Source: Escherichia coli
GTDB taxonomy: Bacteria; Pseudomonadota; Gammaproteobacteria; Enterobacterales; Enterobacteriaceae
Length of the DNA stretch: 64,000 nucleotides
Reading direction: 5' to 3' (one strand)
Assembly (NCBI RefSeq): GCF_003790525.1
Contig: NZ_CP033636.1
In this document: one piece after another, positions 53,585-64,000 of the stretch
Numbering within the stretch: the stretch's first letter is position 1
Layout: every line of letters starts with the position of its first letter
Made by a program: the position numbers and the translations under genes
The notes under the pieces: model-generated
The model's input: the letters and a program-made list of their open reading frames with translations, nothing else
Told to the model about the DNA's origin: nothing
Database searches by the model: none

Positions 53585-53800
53585 GACGAATCAACCCTCG
53601 ATTAAGGAATACCGGGCGACGTCTGCTCGTCAGCAATCAGATGAGACTAGCCTTACAGAGCGCCGCAACAACAATACTGGTTGTTGCGGCTTACTTGTCT
53701 GCTGACTTGGAATTTCCCATCTGATTACTCCACGCTTACGAATATGAATTGCTACATTTTATCCGATTATCTTTTGCTTCGCAATGCGGCATGGGCGCAC

Positions 53801-54685
53801 TCAGCGTTCCAGCCCCCTCTGCCGCCCTAACTGCCACGACACCGACCCGCCCTGCACGATGCCCATAACCTCGCGGCCGAGTTGGCGGTCGATGATCGGC
53901 CGCCACGGGACAAGGGTGAACTCATGGGATTTCTCGACCACGGCGAACTTGCCGCTCGATAGATGCACGGTTCCGGTAAACTTGCCGCTGACGCTCTCGC
54001 CGTCCGTGGCGGCGCGGAACGGCAGGCCCTTACTCAAAGCCATATCCGATCCGACGCCGGCTACCTCGCGCTCCCGCAGGATGGCGAGAAGGTTGCGCCG
54101 GTAGAAGACGCGGCTGTCCCGGCTGCGGGTGGCGTCGCCCTGTTCGATATGGTGCTCGCGGCGCTGGTCCATGGCTTCGCGGACTTGTTGCCCGAAGCCG
54201 GTTGGCGCAAGGTCGGCCGTCTCGCCGTGGATCAGCCGCCGGTCCAGCCAGGTCGCGCCGTCCGATCCGATCTGTTTGTTCAGATCGACCGGGGAAAGGA
54301 CGCGAACGCTGGCCTGACTGTCTCGGCCGGCGTCATGGGCGGCGGCACGGCTGACCAGATCATCGGGGATGCGCCATTGGTCGGCGTCGATCCGCTCGAC
54401 GATACCGGCCCGGCGTAGCGCCTCCAGCCGGCGCACATGGGCATCGACATAGCCCTCATAGTCGCCGCCTGGAACGCGGCACGTATAGGAAGAATAAACG
54501 CCCTTTTCACCCAAGTCCAACAGCTTTGGACCGCAGTTGACTCTTTCGACACCCCTGCGATGCAACCCAATCCGGCTGACGGGGAGCCAGCAACGCTGAA
54601 AATTTACCCTCCTCTTTCCCACTAGCGGCTCCTTTTCCGACAACCAGCACGGCGGATCCCTGCCGCGGCGCTGTGAACGCAGCAT
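53801..54685 (-). CDS. hypothetical protein of the floR module (position of the ORF often labelled virD2-like)
   Basis: 294-aa high-GC ORF between ISCR2 remnant and floR; product not confidently assignable. Confidence 0.4.
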   Translation of the reverse strand: MLRSQRRGRDPPCWLSEKEPLVGKRRVNFQRCWLPVSRIGLHRRGVERVNCGPKLLDLGEKGVYSSYTCRVPGGDYEGYVDAHVRRLEALRRAGIVERIDADQWRIPDDLVSRAAAHDAGRDSQASVRVLSPVDLNKQIGSDGATWLDRRLIHGETADLAPTGFGQQVREAMDQRREHHIEQGDATRSRDSRVFYRRNLLAILREREVAGVGSDMALSKGLPFRAATDGESVSGKFTGTVHLSSGKFAVVEKSHEFTLVPWRPIIDRQLGREVMGIVQGGSVSWQLGRQRGLER

Positions 54686-54715
54686 TTTGATTGGTATCGT
54701 TGGCCTTCAGGCTCG

Positions 54716-55547
54716 TCAGTCAAACAGACCCAGGAGCAGCTCAGCCGGTGGCGCCCGGCTTTCGGGTAACGCCCTGGTCCCGCTGGTTTCGGCTTTGTGC
54801 TTCAGGTGATCAAGGATCTGCTTGATCACTATAGGGTCTTCAATGCAGGCGATGACTTTCATGGCGCCGCCGCAGCCGCTGCAGGTCTCGATGTCGATAT
54901 TGAAAACACGCTTGAGCCGTTGCGCCCATGTCATCGACGCTCGCCGTTGTGCTGGTGTTGCCGGTTCATCAGCCACCCTGACCTTGTTGCCCCTGCCCCG
55001 TTTTGCCGGCGTGACCAACGCCCGGTGCCGACTGTTGGGTGCGAACACCCCGTGGAAGCGGGTTAGGTTGACTCTGGGCTTCGGTACCAGGGCGGCCAGC
55101 CTTGCAATGAAATCCAATGGTTCGAAAATGACGTGCGTGGTGCCGTCCCGGTACGGCGTCTTGAGCTGGTAGCGCACGTTGCCGCCTCGTGTTAACGACA
55201 GCCGCTTCTCGGATACCGCCGGGCGGCTGATGTACCGGCACAGCCGTTCGAGCTTCTTGCGTTCATCGGCCCTGGCCGCCACGCCGGCGTGCAGGCTGGA
55301 CCCGGCTACCTTGCCAATCCCGTCACCGAACGGATCACCACTGGTCGGCAGAGTTTGCAAAGTGAACACCTTTCGCCCCGCCTGTGAACCGACAGCGATA
55401 CGGTAAGTGATCGAGTGCCCCAGCAGGGGTGTCATCGGGTCGTCATCCACCGCATCCGAGGCCAGATAGCTGTTTTCGACATCCCGTTCCAGCAGGCCTT
55501 GCCGTTCCAGATAGCGACCCACCCGGTGGGCGATGGTGTGCGTCAGC
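54716..55547 (-). pseudogene. ISCR2 (IS91-family) transposase gene, 3' portion only; 5' part removed by IS1006-like insertion
   Basis: ...RLSLTRGGNVRYQLKTPYRDGTTHVIFEPLDFIARLAALVPKPRVNLTRFHGVFAPNSRHRALV...; reads into IS IR at 55548. Confidence 0.75.
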
Positions 55548-56366
55548 GGCACTGTTGCAAATAACCACGAATGGTAAGCTGAAGACTGTTTTAGCTAAAG
55601 GTGCAGCATATGAATCCTTTCCATGGTCGGCATTTTCAGGGCGAAATCATTCTTTGGGCTGTGCGCTGGTATTGTAAATATGGCATTAGCTATCGTGAAC
55701 TGCAGGAAATGCTGGCCGAACGGGGTGTGAATGTTGATCACACGACTATTTACCGTTGGGTTCAACGTTATGCTCCTGAAATAGAAAAACGTTTACGCTG
55801 GTATTGGCGTAATCCTACAGATCTGAGCTCGTGGCATATTGATGAAACCTATGTAAAAGTGAATGGACGATGGTCTTATCTGTATCGTGCAGTCGATCAA
55901 CGTGGCGATACCATTGATTTTTATCTTTCTTCTAGACGTAATACCAAATCAGCATATTGTTTTCTTGGAAAAATTTTAAATAATGTGAAGAAGTGGCAAA
56001 TTCCACAAGTGATCAACACGGATAAAGCACCCACATATGGACGTGCTTTATCACGGTTAAAACGGGAAGGTAAATGTCCACCAGACCTTGAGCACAGGCA
56101 GATTAAGTATAAAAATAACGTGATTGAATGTGATCATGGCAAGCTAAAGCGGATCATCAGGGCCACATTAGGATTCAAATCTATGAAGACGGCTTATGCC
56201 ACAATTAAAGGTATTGAAGTCATGCGTGCACTACGTAAAGGACAAGCATCGTCATTTTATTATGGTCAGCCTCAGGGTGAAGTGTGTCTAATCAACAGGG
56301 TTTTCGGTCTCTAAGTACTTTTTAAAGGGAACATCATCGACTCAAATCTCTATTTGCAACAGTGCC
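55548..56366 (+). mobile_element. IS6-family element, IS1006/IS1008-like (819 bp), sharing the IS26 14-bp terminal repeat
   Basis: Ends GGCACTGTTGCAAATAACC... / ...TTTGCAACAGTGCC; internal sequence and transposase clearly diverged from IS26. Confidence 0.8.
55610..56314 (+). CDS. tnpA: IS1006-like transposase (IS6 family)
   Basis: [105 protein letters not shown]... Confidence 0.85.
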   Translation: MNPFHGRHFQGEIILWAVRWYCKYGISYRELQEMLAERGVNVDHTTIYRWVQRYAPEIEKRLRWYWRNPTDLSSWHIDETYVKVNGRWSYLYRAVDQRGDTIDFYLSSRRNTKSAYCFLGKILNNVKKWQIPQVINTDKAPTYGRALSRLKREGKCPPDLEHRQIKYKNNVIECDHGKLKRIIRATLGFKSMKTAYATIKGIEVMRALRKGQASSFYYGQPQGEVCLINRVFGL

Positions 56367-56400
56367 AAAAAAACCAACTTCAAGTTGGTTTTTCTTTTTT
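56367..56400. terminator. bidirectional rho-independent terminator-like hairpin
   Basis: AAAAAAACCAACTT-C-AAGTTGGTTTTTCTTTTTT: 9-bp stem flanked by A-run and T-run. Confidence 0.5.
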
Positions 56401-56731
56401 AATCATCAGTGGCGACCTTAACACCATATCCAATTAAACCTGCAAGGCTAGCATAGGCTATTTTGGCATAAATCGAACCCCACCAGACCGTAATTTTACT
56501 GGCACCAAATTCCCGAACCGTTTGCCCCATAAAATTAGTGGTTTCATAGAAATTTTTAGCAGAATAACCTAACGCAATATGATCAAGGACAGGGAATAAA
56601 CTAAAAGCTAAACCTACTGCTGCTGCGGGGAAAGTAAACTCTCTTGATAGACCGAATTTTCCAGTAATAAATACAAGCGATACCACGATAATTAATCTAA
56701 TGATAGTCCATAGCATCACTGTGAAAGGCAA
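56399..56731 (-). CDS. hypothetical small membrane protein (110 aa)
   Basis: Hydrophobic N-terminal helices; ORF only. Confidence 0.35.
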   Translation of the reverse strand: MPFTVMLWTIIRLIIVVSLVFITGKFGLSREFTFPAAAVGLAFSLFPVLDHIALGYSAKNFYETTNFMGQTVREFGASKITVWWGSIYAKIAYASLAGLIGYGVKVATDD

Positions 56732-56797
56732 GTTAAAGATGCCTGCTCCCTGCCACGCAAGACCGCAAACAACTAGGGGTCGTCTCAGAAAACGGAA

Positions 56798-58124
56798 TCT
56801 ATGGTCACTCCCGTTTTTGCAACACCGATTTTGACGACAAGTTGGCTTGCTTGAATCTATCCGGCGTCTGAATGGGATTTTATTCCCGCGCCTCGATGAG
56901 TTCCGCGCCTGATGAACCTCCAGAAAATATACGGCTTCAATGAGCCTTTCCGTTTTACAGGTTCCTCAACAGGCCGGTGGGCCGTTAGTATCATCAATAT
57001 CAGTATTCGCAAAACCAGATGAATGATTGTTTAAACTGGTGTATTTCTGCCTTTATGCTTCGTAAGTTTGCTGTCGCGCCGTCAGTGCCCAGGCTATTCT
57101 GGCCAGCTTGTTTGCCAGAGCACAGGTGACGACAAAGTTGCTTTTCCGACACAACAACTCCCTGACCCAGTCGGCCAACTTGCCAGACTGGTGTTCCAGT
57201 TTTTGTATGAATACCCTGGCACACTGAACCAACAAAGTTCGGATCTTTTTGTTGCCCCGCTTGCTAATCCCTAACAATGTCGTCCGACCTCCCGTGCTGT
57301 ACTGTCGGGGTACCAGCCCTGTTGCCGCCGCAAAGTCACGGCTGCTGGCGTACTGCTTCCCGTCGCCAATCTCAGTTGAAATAGTACTGGCAGTCAGCGT
57401 TCCAACGCAGGGAATACTCAGCAAGCGCTGTCCAACCTCATCTTCGTCCAACTTTCGTTTCAACTGAGATTCCAGATCTTTAATCTGCTCAACAAGATAG
57501 TGATAATGCTGTTGTAATTTCAGCAGTAACTGGCTGAGATAAAGAGGCAAACTACTGTCCTCAAGAAGGGTACTCAGTCGACTAATAACGGCAGCACCTC
57601 GCGGAACGCTGATACCAAATTCCAGCAGAAAAGCATGCATCTGATTAGTTGTTTTCACCTTATCCTGAACCAGGGATTCACGGACACGATGCAGAGCTCG
57701 CATTGCCTGCTGAGATTCGGTTCTGGGCTGCACGAAACGCATAGATGGACGTGATGCTGCTTCACAGATAGCTTCAGCATCAACGAAGTCATTTTTGTTG
57801 CTTTTAACGAATGGGCGGACAAATTGCGGTGATATCAGCTTTGGAAAATGCCCTAACTCTTCCAGCTTGCGTGCCATAAAGTGAGAACCGCCACAGGCTT
57901 CCATCGCGATGGTTGTTGCCGGGCATGTCGCCAGAAATTCGATTAGCTTTGGTCGGGTGAATTTTTTACGGTAAACGGCCTTCCCACGATGATCCTGACA
58001 ATGAATATGGAAAGAGTTCTTACCCAGATCGATACCAATAAGCGCAATGTTTTCCATGATGGTTCTCCGAATGAAAGCCTGTCCTCAGCATAGTACTGGG
58101 AAGGAGGGAGTGACCATCTCATTA
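56798..58124 (-). mobile_element. IS4321/IS5075-like element (IS110 family, 1327 bp) inserted in the 38-bp IR of a Tn21-family transposon
   Basis: Interrupts GGGGTCGTCTCAGAAAACGGAA (56776-56797) | AATAAAGCACGCTAAG (58125-58140), the Tn21 IRtnp; 1327-bp length matches IS4321/IS5075. Confidence 0.85.
57053..58057 (-). CDS. IS110-family transposase (IS4321/IS5075 type)
   Basis: 334-aa MENIALIGIDLGKNSFHIHCQDHRGKAVYRKKFTRPKLIEFLATCPATTIAMEACGGSHFMARKLEELGH... Confidence 0.85.
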   Translation of the reverse strand: MENIALIGIDLGKNSFHIHCQDHRGKAVYRKKFTRPKLIEFLATCPATTIAMEACGGSHFMARKLEELGHFPKLISPQFVRPFVKSNKNDFVDAEAICEAASRPSMRFVQPRTESQQAMRALHRVRESLVQDKVKTTNQMHAFLLEFGISVPRGAAVISRLSTLLEDSSLPLYLSQLLLKLQQHYHYLVEQIKDLESQLKRKLDEDEVGQRLLSIPCVGTLTASTISTEIGDGKQYASSRDFAAATGLVPRQYSTGGRTTLLGISKRGNKKIRTLLVQCARVFIQKLEHQSGKLADWVRELLCRKSNFVVTCALANKLARIAWALTARQQTYEA

Positions 58125-58135
58125 AATAAAGCACG

Positions 58136-61087
58136 CTAAGCCGGTTGCAGAGGCCGTAGCGGCCTGAACTTCCCCGCGCCGATCTTGGCGCTGCTGCGCC
58201 ATAGGTAATCACCGGTCAGGTTGATGTGCTCCCAGCCGAGTGGCGACAGGTACTGCAATAGCGAGTCATCGACGGCATGACCATTGCCGCGCAACGCATG
58301 CGCCGCACGCTCCAGGTAGACCGTGTTCCACAGCACGATGGCCGCCGTCACCAGGTTGAGGCCGCTGGCCCGGTAGCGCTGCTGCTCGAAACTGCGGTCA
58401 CGGATTTCACCAAGGCGGTTGAAGAACACGGCACGGGCCAGCGCATTGCGCGCCTCGCCCTTGTTCAGCCCGGCATGCACGCGGCGGCGTAGCTCGACGC
58501 TTTGCAGCCAGTCGAGGATGAACAGCGTGCGCTCGATGCGGCCCAACTCGCGCAGCGCGACGGCCAAGCCGTTCTGGCGCGGGTAGCTGCCGAGTTTCCT
58601 GAGCATCAGCGAGGCCGTCACCGTGCCCTGCTTGATCGAGGTGGCCAGCCGCAGGATTTCGTCCCAATGGGCGCGGACGTGCTTGATGTTGAGCGTGCCG
58701 CCGATCATCGGCTTGAGCGCGTCATAGGCGGCATCGCCCTTCGGGATGTAGAGCTTGGTGTCGCCCAGGTCGCGGATGCGCGGCGCGAAGCGGAAGCCCA
58801 AGAGGTGCATCAGGGCGAAGACGTGATCGGTGAAGCCCGCCGTGTCGGTGTAGTGCTCCTCGATCCGCAGGTCGGATTCGTGGTACAGCAGGCCGTCGAG
58901 CACGTAGGTTGAGTCGCGCAGGCCGACATTGACCACCTTGGTGTGGAATGGCGCGTATTGGTCGGAGATGTGGGTGTAGAAAGTCCGTCCTGGGCTGCTG
59001 CCATATTTTGGGTTGATGTGCCCCGTGCTCTTTGCCTTGCTAGCGGTTCGGAAATTCTGTCCGTCCGATGATGATGTGGTGCCATCGCCCCAGTGCCCGG
59101 CAAAGGGATGCCGAAACTGAGCGTTGACCAGTTCAGCCAACGCTGTCGAGTACGTTTCGTCGCGGGTATGCCAGGCTTGCAGCCAAGCGAGCTTCGCGTA
59201 GGTCGTGCCGGGGCAGGACTCGGCCATCTTGGTCAGGCCCAGGTTGATCGCGTCGGCCAGGATCGTGGTCAACAACAGGTTCTTGTCCTTGGCCAGATCG
59301 CCCGATTTCAAGTGCGTGAAGTGCCGGGTGAAGCCCGTCCACTCATCGACTTCGAGCAGCAGTTCGGTGATCTTGACGTGCGGCAGGACCATGGCTGTCT
59401 GGTCTATCAGCGCCTGCGCGGTGTCGGGCACCGCCGCATCCAGCGGCGTGATCTTCAAGCCCGACTCGGTGATGATGGCATCCGGCAGGTCGTTGGCTGC
59501 CGCCATGCGGTTGACGGTGGCAAGTTGTGCTTCCAGCAGCGTCAGCCGCTCATGCAGATATTGTTCGCAGTCGGTGGCCACGGCCAGCGGCAATTCGCTG
59601 GACTGCTTGAGGCTGGTGAACTTCTCGGGCGGTACCAGGTAGTCCTCGAAGTCCTTGAACTGGCGTGAACCCTGCACCCAGATGTCGCCCGAGCGCAGGG
59701 AGTTCTTCAACTCGGACAGCGCGCACAGTTCGTAGTAGCGCCGGTCGATGCCGGCGTCGGTCATCACCAGTTTCTGCCAGCGCGGCTTGATGAAGCCGGT
59801 CGGTGCATCGGCTGGCAGCTTGCGGGCGTTGTCGGTGTTCATGCCGCGCAGCACCTCAATGGCATCAAGCACGTTTTTGGCGGCGGGCGCGGCCCGCAGC
59901 TTGAGCACGGCAAGGAATTCCGGTGCATAGCGGCGCAGGGTGGCGTAGCTCTCGCCGATGCGATGCAGGAAATCGAAGTCATCGGGTTGCGCGAGCTTCT
60001 GCGCCTCGGTGACGCTCTCGGCAAAGGAATCCCAGGACATGACGGCCTCGATGGCGGCAAACGCATCGCGGCCTGATTGCTTGGCGTCGATCAGCGCCTG
60101 ACCGATGCGCCCGTACAGACGTACCTTGGCGTTGATGGCCTTGCCTGACGCCTGGAACTGCTGCTGATGCTTATTCTTGGCAGCGTTAAACAGCTTACCC
60201 AGGATGCGGTCGTGCAGGTCGATGATTTCGTCGGTGACGGTGGCCAGCGCCACGAGAGTGGCGTAGCGCCGTTGCGGCTCGAATTTGGCCAGGTCGGCGG
60301 GTGTCATCTGGCCGCCCTCGCGGGCAATCTTGAGCAGGCGGTTCTGGTGAACCAGCCGCTCGATGCCGGTAGGCAGATCGAGTGCCTGCCATGCCTTGAG
60401 GCGTTCGATGTGTTCCAGCATATGCCGCGAATTTGGCTTGGCCGGAGACTGGCGCAACCAAGCCAACCAGGTCGTCTTGCCGTTGTCCCGGCGCTTGAGC
60501 AGATCGTCGAGGCGGCGGCGATGCGCGTCCGCCAGTGGTTCGGCCAAGGCGTCGTAGATGCGCCGGTTAGCACGGGTGATCGCCTCGGCACTCGCCCGCT
60601 CGACGGCGTTGAGGGCGGGCAGAATGACCGACTGCCGCCGCAGGTGCCCGATCAAGGCGCTGGCCAGCACGATGCCTTTGTCGGTTTGCATCGCCAGCTC
60701 GGTCAGCATCTGGACGGCCTGCCGGTAATGGCTCATGGTGAAGGGCCGGAAACCGAACACGGTTTGCAGCTCGCTCAGGTGCTCGCGCCGGGTCTGCTCC
60801 CGCTGGCCGTACTCGTTCCAGCTTTCGACGCCGACCTTGAGCTGGTCGGCGACCAGCTTCAACAAGGGCGGGAACGGTAGTTCATCGACGCCCAGGATGA
60901 CGCCGGGAAAGCGCAGGTAACAGAGCTGCACCGCGAAGCCCAGCCGATTGGCTGGCCCGCGCCGCTGTCGGATGATCGAGAGGTCGGTATCGTTGAATGT
61001 GTAATGTCGGATCAGGTCGTCCTTGGAGTCCGGCAACGCCAGCAGGCTTTCCCGCTCGGCGGCGGACAGGATGGAACGACGTGGCAT
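58136..61087 (-). CDS. tnpA: Tn21-family transposase TnpA
   Basis: 983-aa [66 protein letters not shown]...; stop within IRtnp. Confidence 0.9.
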   Translation of the reverse strand: MPRRSILSAAERESLLALPDSKDDLIRHYTFNDTDLSIIRQRRGPANRLGFAVQLCYLRFPGVILGVDELPFPPLLKLVADQLKVGVESWNEYGQREQTRREHLSELQTVFGFRPFTMSHYRQAVQMLTELAMQTDKGIVLASALIGHLRRQSVILPALNAVERASAEAITRANRRIYDALAEPLADAHRRRLDDLLKRRDNGKTTWLAWLRQSPAKPNSRHMLEHIERLKAWQALDLPTGIERLVHQNRLLKIAREGGQMTPADLAKFEPQRRYATLVALATVTDEIIDLHDRILGKLFNAAKNKHQQQFQASGKAINAKVRLYGRIGQALIDAKQSGRDAFAAIEAVMSWDSFAESVTEAQKLAQPDDFDFLHRIGESYATLRRYAPEFLAVLKLRAAPAAKNVLDAIEVLRGMNTDNARKLPADAPTGFIKPRWQKLVMTDAGIDRRYYELCALSELKNSLRSGDIWVQGSRQFKDFEDYLVPPEKFTSLKQSSELPLAVATDCEQYLHERLTLLEAQLATVNRMAAANDLPDAIITESGLKITPLDAAVPDTAQALIDQTAMVLPHVKITELLLEVDEWTGFTRHFTHLKSGDLAKDKNLLLTTILADAINLGLTKMAESCPGTTYAKLAWLQAWHTRDETYSTALAELVNAQFRHPFAGHWGDGTTSSSDGQNFRTASKAKSTGHINPKYGSSPGRTFYTHISDQYAPFHTKVVNVGLRDSTYVLDGLLYHESDLRIEEHYTDTAGFTDHVFALMHLLGFRFAPRIRDLGDTKLYIPKGDAAYDALKPMIGGTLNIKHVRAHWDEILRLATSIKQGTVTASLMLRKLGSYPRQNGLAVALRELGRIERTLFILDWLQSVELRRRVHAGLNKGEARNALARAVFFNRLGEIRDRSFEQQRYRASGLNLVTAAIVLWNTVYLERAAHALRGNGHAVDDSLLQYLSPLGWEHINLTGDYLWRSSAKIGAGKFRPLRPLQPA

Positions 61088-61089
61088 AT

Positions 61090-61502
61090 TTACTGATCCG
61101 TTCTCAAGTATTGATACAGGGTTTCGCGACTGATTCCGAATTCACGAGCAAGCTTGGTCTTTTGCTCGCCAGCCTCGACACGTTGGCGCAGTTCGGCAAT
61201 ACGCTCAGACGACAGGGATTTCTTCCTGCCACGGTAAGCCCCGCGTTGCTTGGCGAGCGCAATACCCTCGCGCTGACGCTCGCGGATCAGGGCGCGCTCG
61301 AACTCGGCGAACGCGCCCATCACCGAGAGCATCAGGTTCGCCATCGGAGAGTCTTCGCCAGTAAAACTGAGGTGTTCCTTGACGAATTCGATATGCACGC
61401 CGCGTTGTGTCAGCGTTTGCACGATCCGGCGCAAATCATCGAGATTGCGCGCCAGGCGATCCATGCTATGCACCACCACGGTGTCGCCGGTGCGGGCGAA
61501 GC
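61090..61502 (-). pseudogene. tnpR: Tn21-family resolvase tnpR, 5'-truncated by IS26
   Basis: ...FARTGDTVVVHSMDRLARNLDDLRRIVQTLTQRGVHIEFVKEHLSFTGEDSPMANLMLSVMGAFAEFERALIRERQREGIALAKQRG...YLRTDQ. Confidence 0.85.
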
Positions 61503-62322
61503 GGCACTGTTGCAAATAGTCGGTGGTGATAAACTTATCATCCCCTTTTGCTGATGGAGCTGCACATGAACCCATTCAAAGGCCGGCATTTTCAGCGTGA
61601 CATCATTCTGTGGGCCGTACGCTGGTACTGCAAATACGGCATCAGTTACCGTGAGCTGCAGGAGATGCTGGCTGAACGCGGAGTGAATGTCGATCACTCC
61701 ACGATTTACCGCTGGGTTCAGCGTTATGCGCCTGAAATGGAAAAACGGCTGCGCTGGTACTGGCGTAACCCTTCCGATCTTTGCCCGTGGCACATGGATG
61801 AAACCTACGTGAAGGTCAATGGCCGCTGGGCGTATCTGTACCGGGCCGTCGACAGCCGGGGCCGCACTGTCGATTTTTATCTCTCCTCCCGTCGTAACAG
61901 CAAAGCTGCATACCGGTTTCTGGGTAAAATCCTCAACAACGTGAAGAAGTGGCAGATCCCACGATTCATCAACACGGATAAAGCGCCCGCCTATGGTCGC
62001 GCGCTTGCTCTGCTCAAACGCGAAGGCCGGTGCCCGTCTGACGTTGAACACCGACAGATTAAGTACCGGAACAACGTGATTGAATGCGATCATGGCAAAC
62101 TGAAACGGATAATCAACGCCACGCTGGGATTTAAATCCATGAAGACGGCTTACGCCACCATCAAAGGTATTGAGGTGATGCGTGCACTACGCAAAGGCCA
62201 GGCCTCAGCATTTTATTATGGTGATCCCCTGGGCGAAATGCGCCTGGTAAGCAGAGTTTTTGAAATGTAAGGCCTTTGAATAAGACAAAAGGCTGCCTCA
62301 TCGCTAACTTTGCAACAGTGCC
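61503..62322 (+). mobile_element. IS26 copy 7 (820 bp), G184N variant type
   Basis: Exact IS26 IRs; flanks ggcgaagc / aatcttcc. Confidence 0.95.
61566..62270 (+). CDS. tnpA: IS26 transposase, G184N variant
   Basis: ...[15 protein letters not shown]... Confidence 0.9.
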   Translation: MNPFKGRHFQRDIILWAVRWYCKYGISYRELQEMLAERGVNVDHSTIYRWVQRYAPEMEKRLRWYWRNPSDLCPWHMDETYVKVNGRWAYLYRAVDSRGRTVDFYLSSRRNSKAAYRFLGKILNNVKKWQIPRFINTDKAPAYGRALALLKREGRCPSDVEHRQIKYRNNVIECDHGKLKRIINATLGFKSMKTAYATIKGIEVMRALRKGQASAFYYGDPLGEMRLVSRVFEM

Positions 62323-62580
62323 AATCTTCCCGCCTTTACCATCGAAAGCGATAAACCAGAAATCGTCCGTGCCAGTTTCAAGATTTCTGCAACGTTTCAG
62401 ATGCCATCCGCCTTCTCTCGCCCAGATGGTACGGTTATTTCTGGCATTCGTTTTGTCATACCCGTGCTCGTCAAGCCAGCTATCAAAGCTGGTCAGCCCC
62501 AGGTCCTGAACCTCCAGAGAAGGTACACGAATGACCTGCAAGGTATGGCGTGGTCTTGGCTCTCTCATCTTGATCTCTTC

Positions 62581-62991
62581 CTAGCGCTGGTCTGGGAAAT
62601 ACGGATATTGCGGGCCATATTCATAATCATGCGGGCCTGGCTCAACTTCCCAGAATGGACGGCCGCTAATTGTCTTTGGACCGCGCTCGTTTACGATGTC
62701 TTCTACATCCTGAATATTAAATGGCATCGTTGCCAGTAACAGCTGATCTTCGGGTGTCAGCGTCACAGTTGCACCGTCGATACGGCTGTAAAGGTCGGCA
62801 AACTGTTTACCTGCACCGTGCAACCGGTGCTCCGCTACACTTCTGATTGCGTGTAAGTCCAGCTCCGCCGCTTCCATGCGATCCACGTATAGTTTCATTT
62901 CTTTACGCAAAGCGCTCAGCTCACGGGTTTTAATAAATCCGTAGGCGTACCCACCCAGGGCGATAACTGCAATGATTGCTAAAATAGCCAT
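62581..62991 (-). CDS. hypothetical protein (136 aa) with N-terminal membrane anchor
   Basis: MAILAIIAVIALGGYAYGFIKTRELSALRKEMKLYVDRMEAAELDLHAIR...; single N-terminal TM then helical region. Confidence 0.4.
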   Translation of the reverse strand: MAILAIIAVIALGGYAYGFIKTRELSALRKEMKLYVDRMEAAELDLHAIRSVAEHRLHGAGKQFADLYSRIDGATVTLTPEDQLLLATMPFNIQDVEDIVNERGPKTISGRPFWEVEPGPHDYEYGPQYPYFPDQR

Positions 62992-63092
62992 TTATTTTCT
63001 CTTACGTTACTGCGGCCGCCGCTTTAGTCTTAATGTGAAGCCTGGGAATTCGCTGAATGAAGAATACGTTTTCACCCCCAGGCCGACAGCTG

Positions 63093-63299
63093 TTAAGGCG
63101 CGATCCCAACACTCCATTTGTAAGTATCAGGCCCATCTTCTCCGCTGGTGGCATCAGCTACAATCTGTGCATAACGTTCTCCAGCAAGTTCTCTTACCAT
63201 CTGATCCACGACCCATTGCAGATGATGCATTTCATCGGTTCCGCCGTAACGACAAGCCAACTCAATAGCCCGCTCTATTCTTTTTTGTTCTTCAGTCAT
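63093..63299 (-). CDS. small hypothetical protein (68 aa)
   Basis: ORF only. Confidence 0.3.
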   Translation of the reverse strand: MTEEQKRIERAIELACRYGGTDEMHHLQWVVDQMVRELAGERYAQIVADATSGEDGPDTYKWSVGIAP

Positions 63300-63359
63300 A
63301 CTGAATCCTCACGCTTACATCAGCTATTCTGAAAACATGCACACTATAAATTGCGGCTG

Positions 63360-64000
63360 TCATTTCTCAGCCAGGCGCCTGCATTGCTGCCTCATTCCAT
63401 CAAAAATACTTTCCGCAAGCTGCTGGGGGAACTGGTCCGGAAGAAGCCCGCTAACACGTTCAATGACACCTGGGGTTCTGGCGATGATTTCCTCTATCAT
63501 CGCCTCTGTCTGCTGTTTACTCAGGCCGGTTATCTCACCATGCCTGATCCAGTGGCGTCGTTGTATTCGATATATCTGGTAATAGTTGCTACTGCCACGT
63601 ACGGCCATCGCCAATTTGCACTTCTGCCAGGATATCTGATTGTTCCCATGACCGATCACCGGCCATGCCGACAACACATCATAGTTTGGTGTAAGGTGAT
63701 AACGTCCCTGTGGCCCAATAGAAATACTGAAATTTTTAGCGTGGCCATCTGTTGCGGCCATCATCCAGAAAATTATCTGCGTCATAAAAAACTGCGCTTT
63801 GTCACGCTCAGCACGGTCTGAATTACTCAGAACCTCCATAATTTCCGATATACCTGGCCCGCCGTCCGCCTGATATTTTCGTAATGGCGAAACGCCCAGG
63901 GCCTGACACATATCCTCCTGGGGTAAACGAATGATCCATTGTCCGTCTCCTGACCATTTTCGGTCAAAACGTTCTACCACCAGCGCTTTCTGATCTTCAA
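63360..64000 (-). CDS. hipA: HipA-family serine/threonine kinase toxin, C-terminal part (gene continues beyond window)
   Basis: ...ERFDRKWSGDGQWIIRLPQEDMCQALGVSPLRKYQADGGPGISEIMEVL...ATDGHAKNFSISIGPQGRYHLTPNYDVLSAWPV... closely parallels E. coli HipA C-terminal kinase core including the DGHAKN motif; frame open to window edge. Confidence 0.75.
   Translation of the reverse strand, partial: EDQKALVVERFDRKWSGDGQWIIRLPQEDMCQALGVSPLRKYQADGGPGISEIMEVLSNSDRAERDKAQFFMTQIIFWMMAATDGHAKNFSISIGPQGRYHLTPNYDVLSAWPVIGHGNNQISWQKCKLAMAVRGSSNYYQIYRIQRRHWIRHGEITGLSKQQTEAMIEEIIARTPGVIERVSGLLPDQFPQQLAESIFDGMRQQCRRLAEK

Overview
This window is a mosaic multidrug-resistance region of an Enterobacterales-type plasmid, built from nested transposon and integron remnants stitched together by seven 820-bp IS26 copies, with one ~12-kb low-GC island of unassigned function. 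All calls rest on reading the sequence and the supplied ORF translations against remembered family signatures; no database search was run. Left to right: a Tn5393-like tnpA end; aph(3')-Ia with an IS903 stub; strB-strA; IS1; an orphaned Tn9 cat promoter; an IS10 stub; class 1 integron 1 (intI1 clipped, aadA2, lnu(F)); truncated Tn3 tnpR with blaTEM-1; a truncated IS1; an arsR-arsP pair; a Tn3-family tnpA with its 38-bp IR; the low-GC island (20145-32088); the Tn1721 tet(A)/tetR/pecM module; an ISKra4-like unit; qnrS1; class 1 integron 2 (arr, cmlA, blaOXA-10, aadA1, dfrA14); truncated blaTEM fused to a tet(A) fragment; floR with a truncated ISCR2; an IS1006-like element; IS4321/IS5075 inside a Tn21 IR with Tn21 tnpA and truncated tnpR; and a hipA-like fragment at the right edge. 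The best candidate for an undescribed system is the island operon of a C5 cytosine methyltransferase, a 55-aa ORF and a 439-aa protein of unknown function, followed by a secreted thermonuclease with four tandem small membrane proteins. No rRNA, tRNA or CRISPR array was seen.
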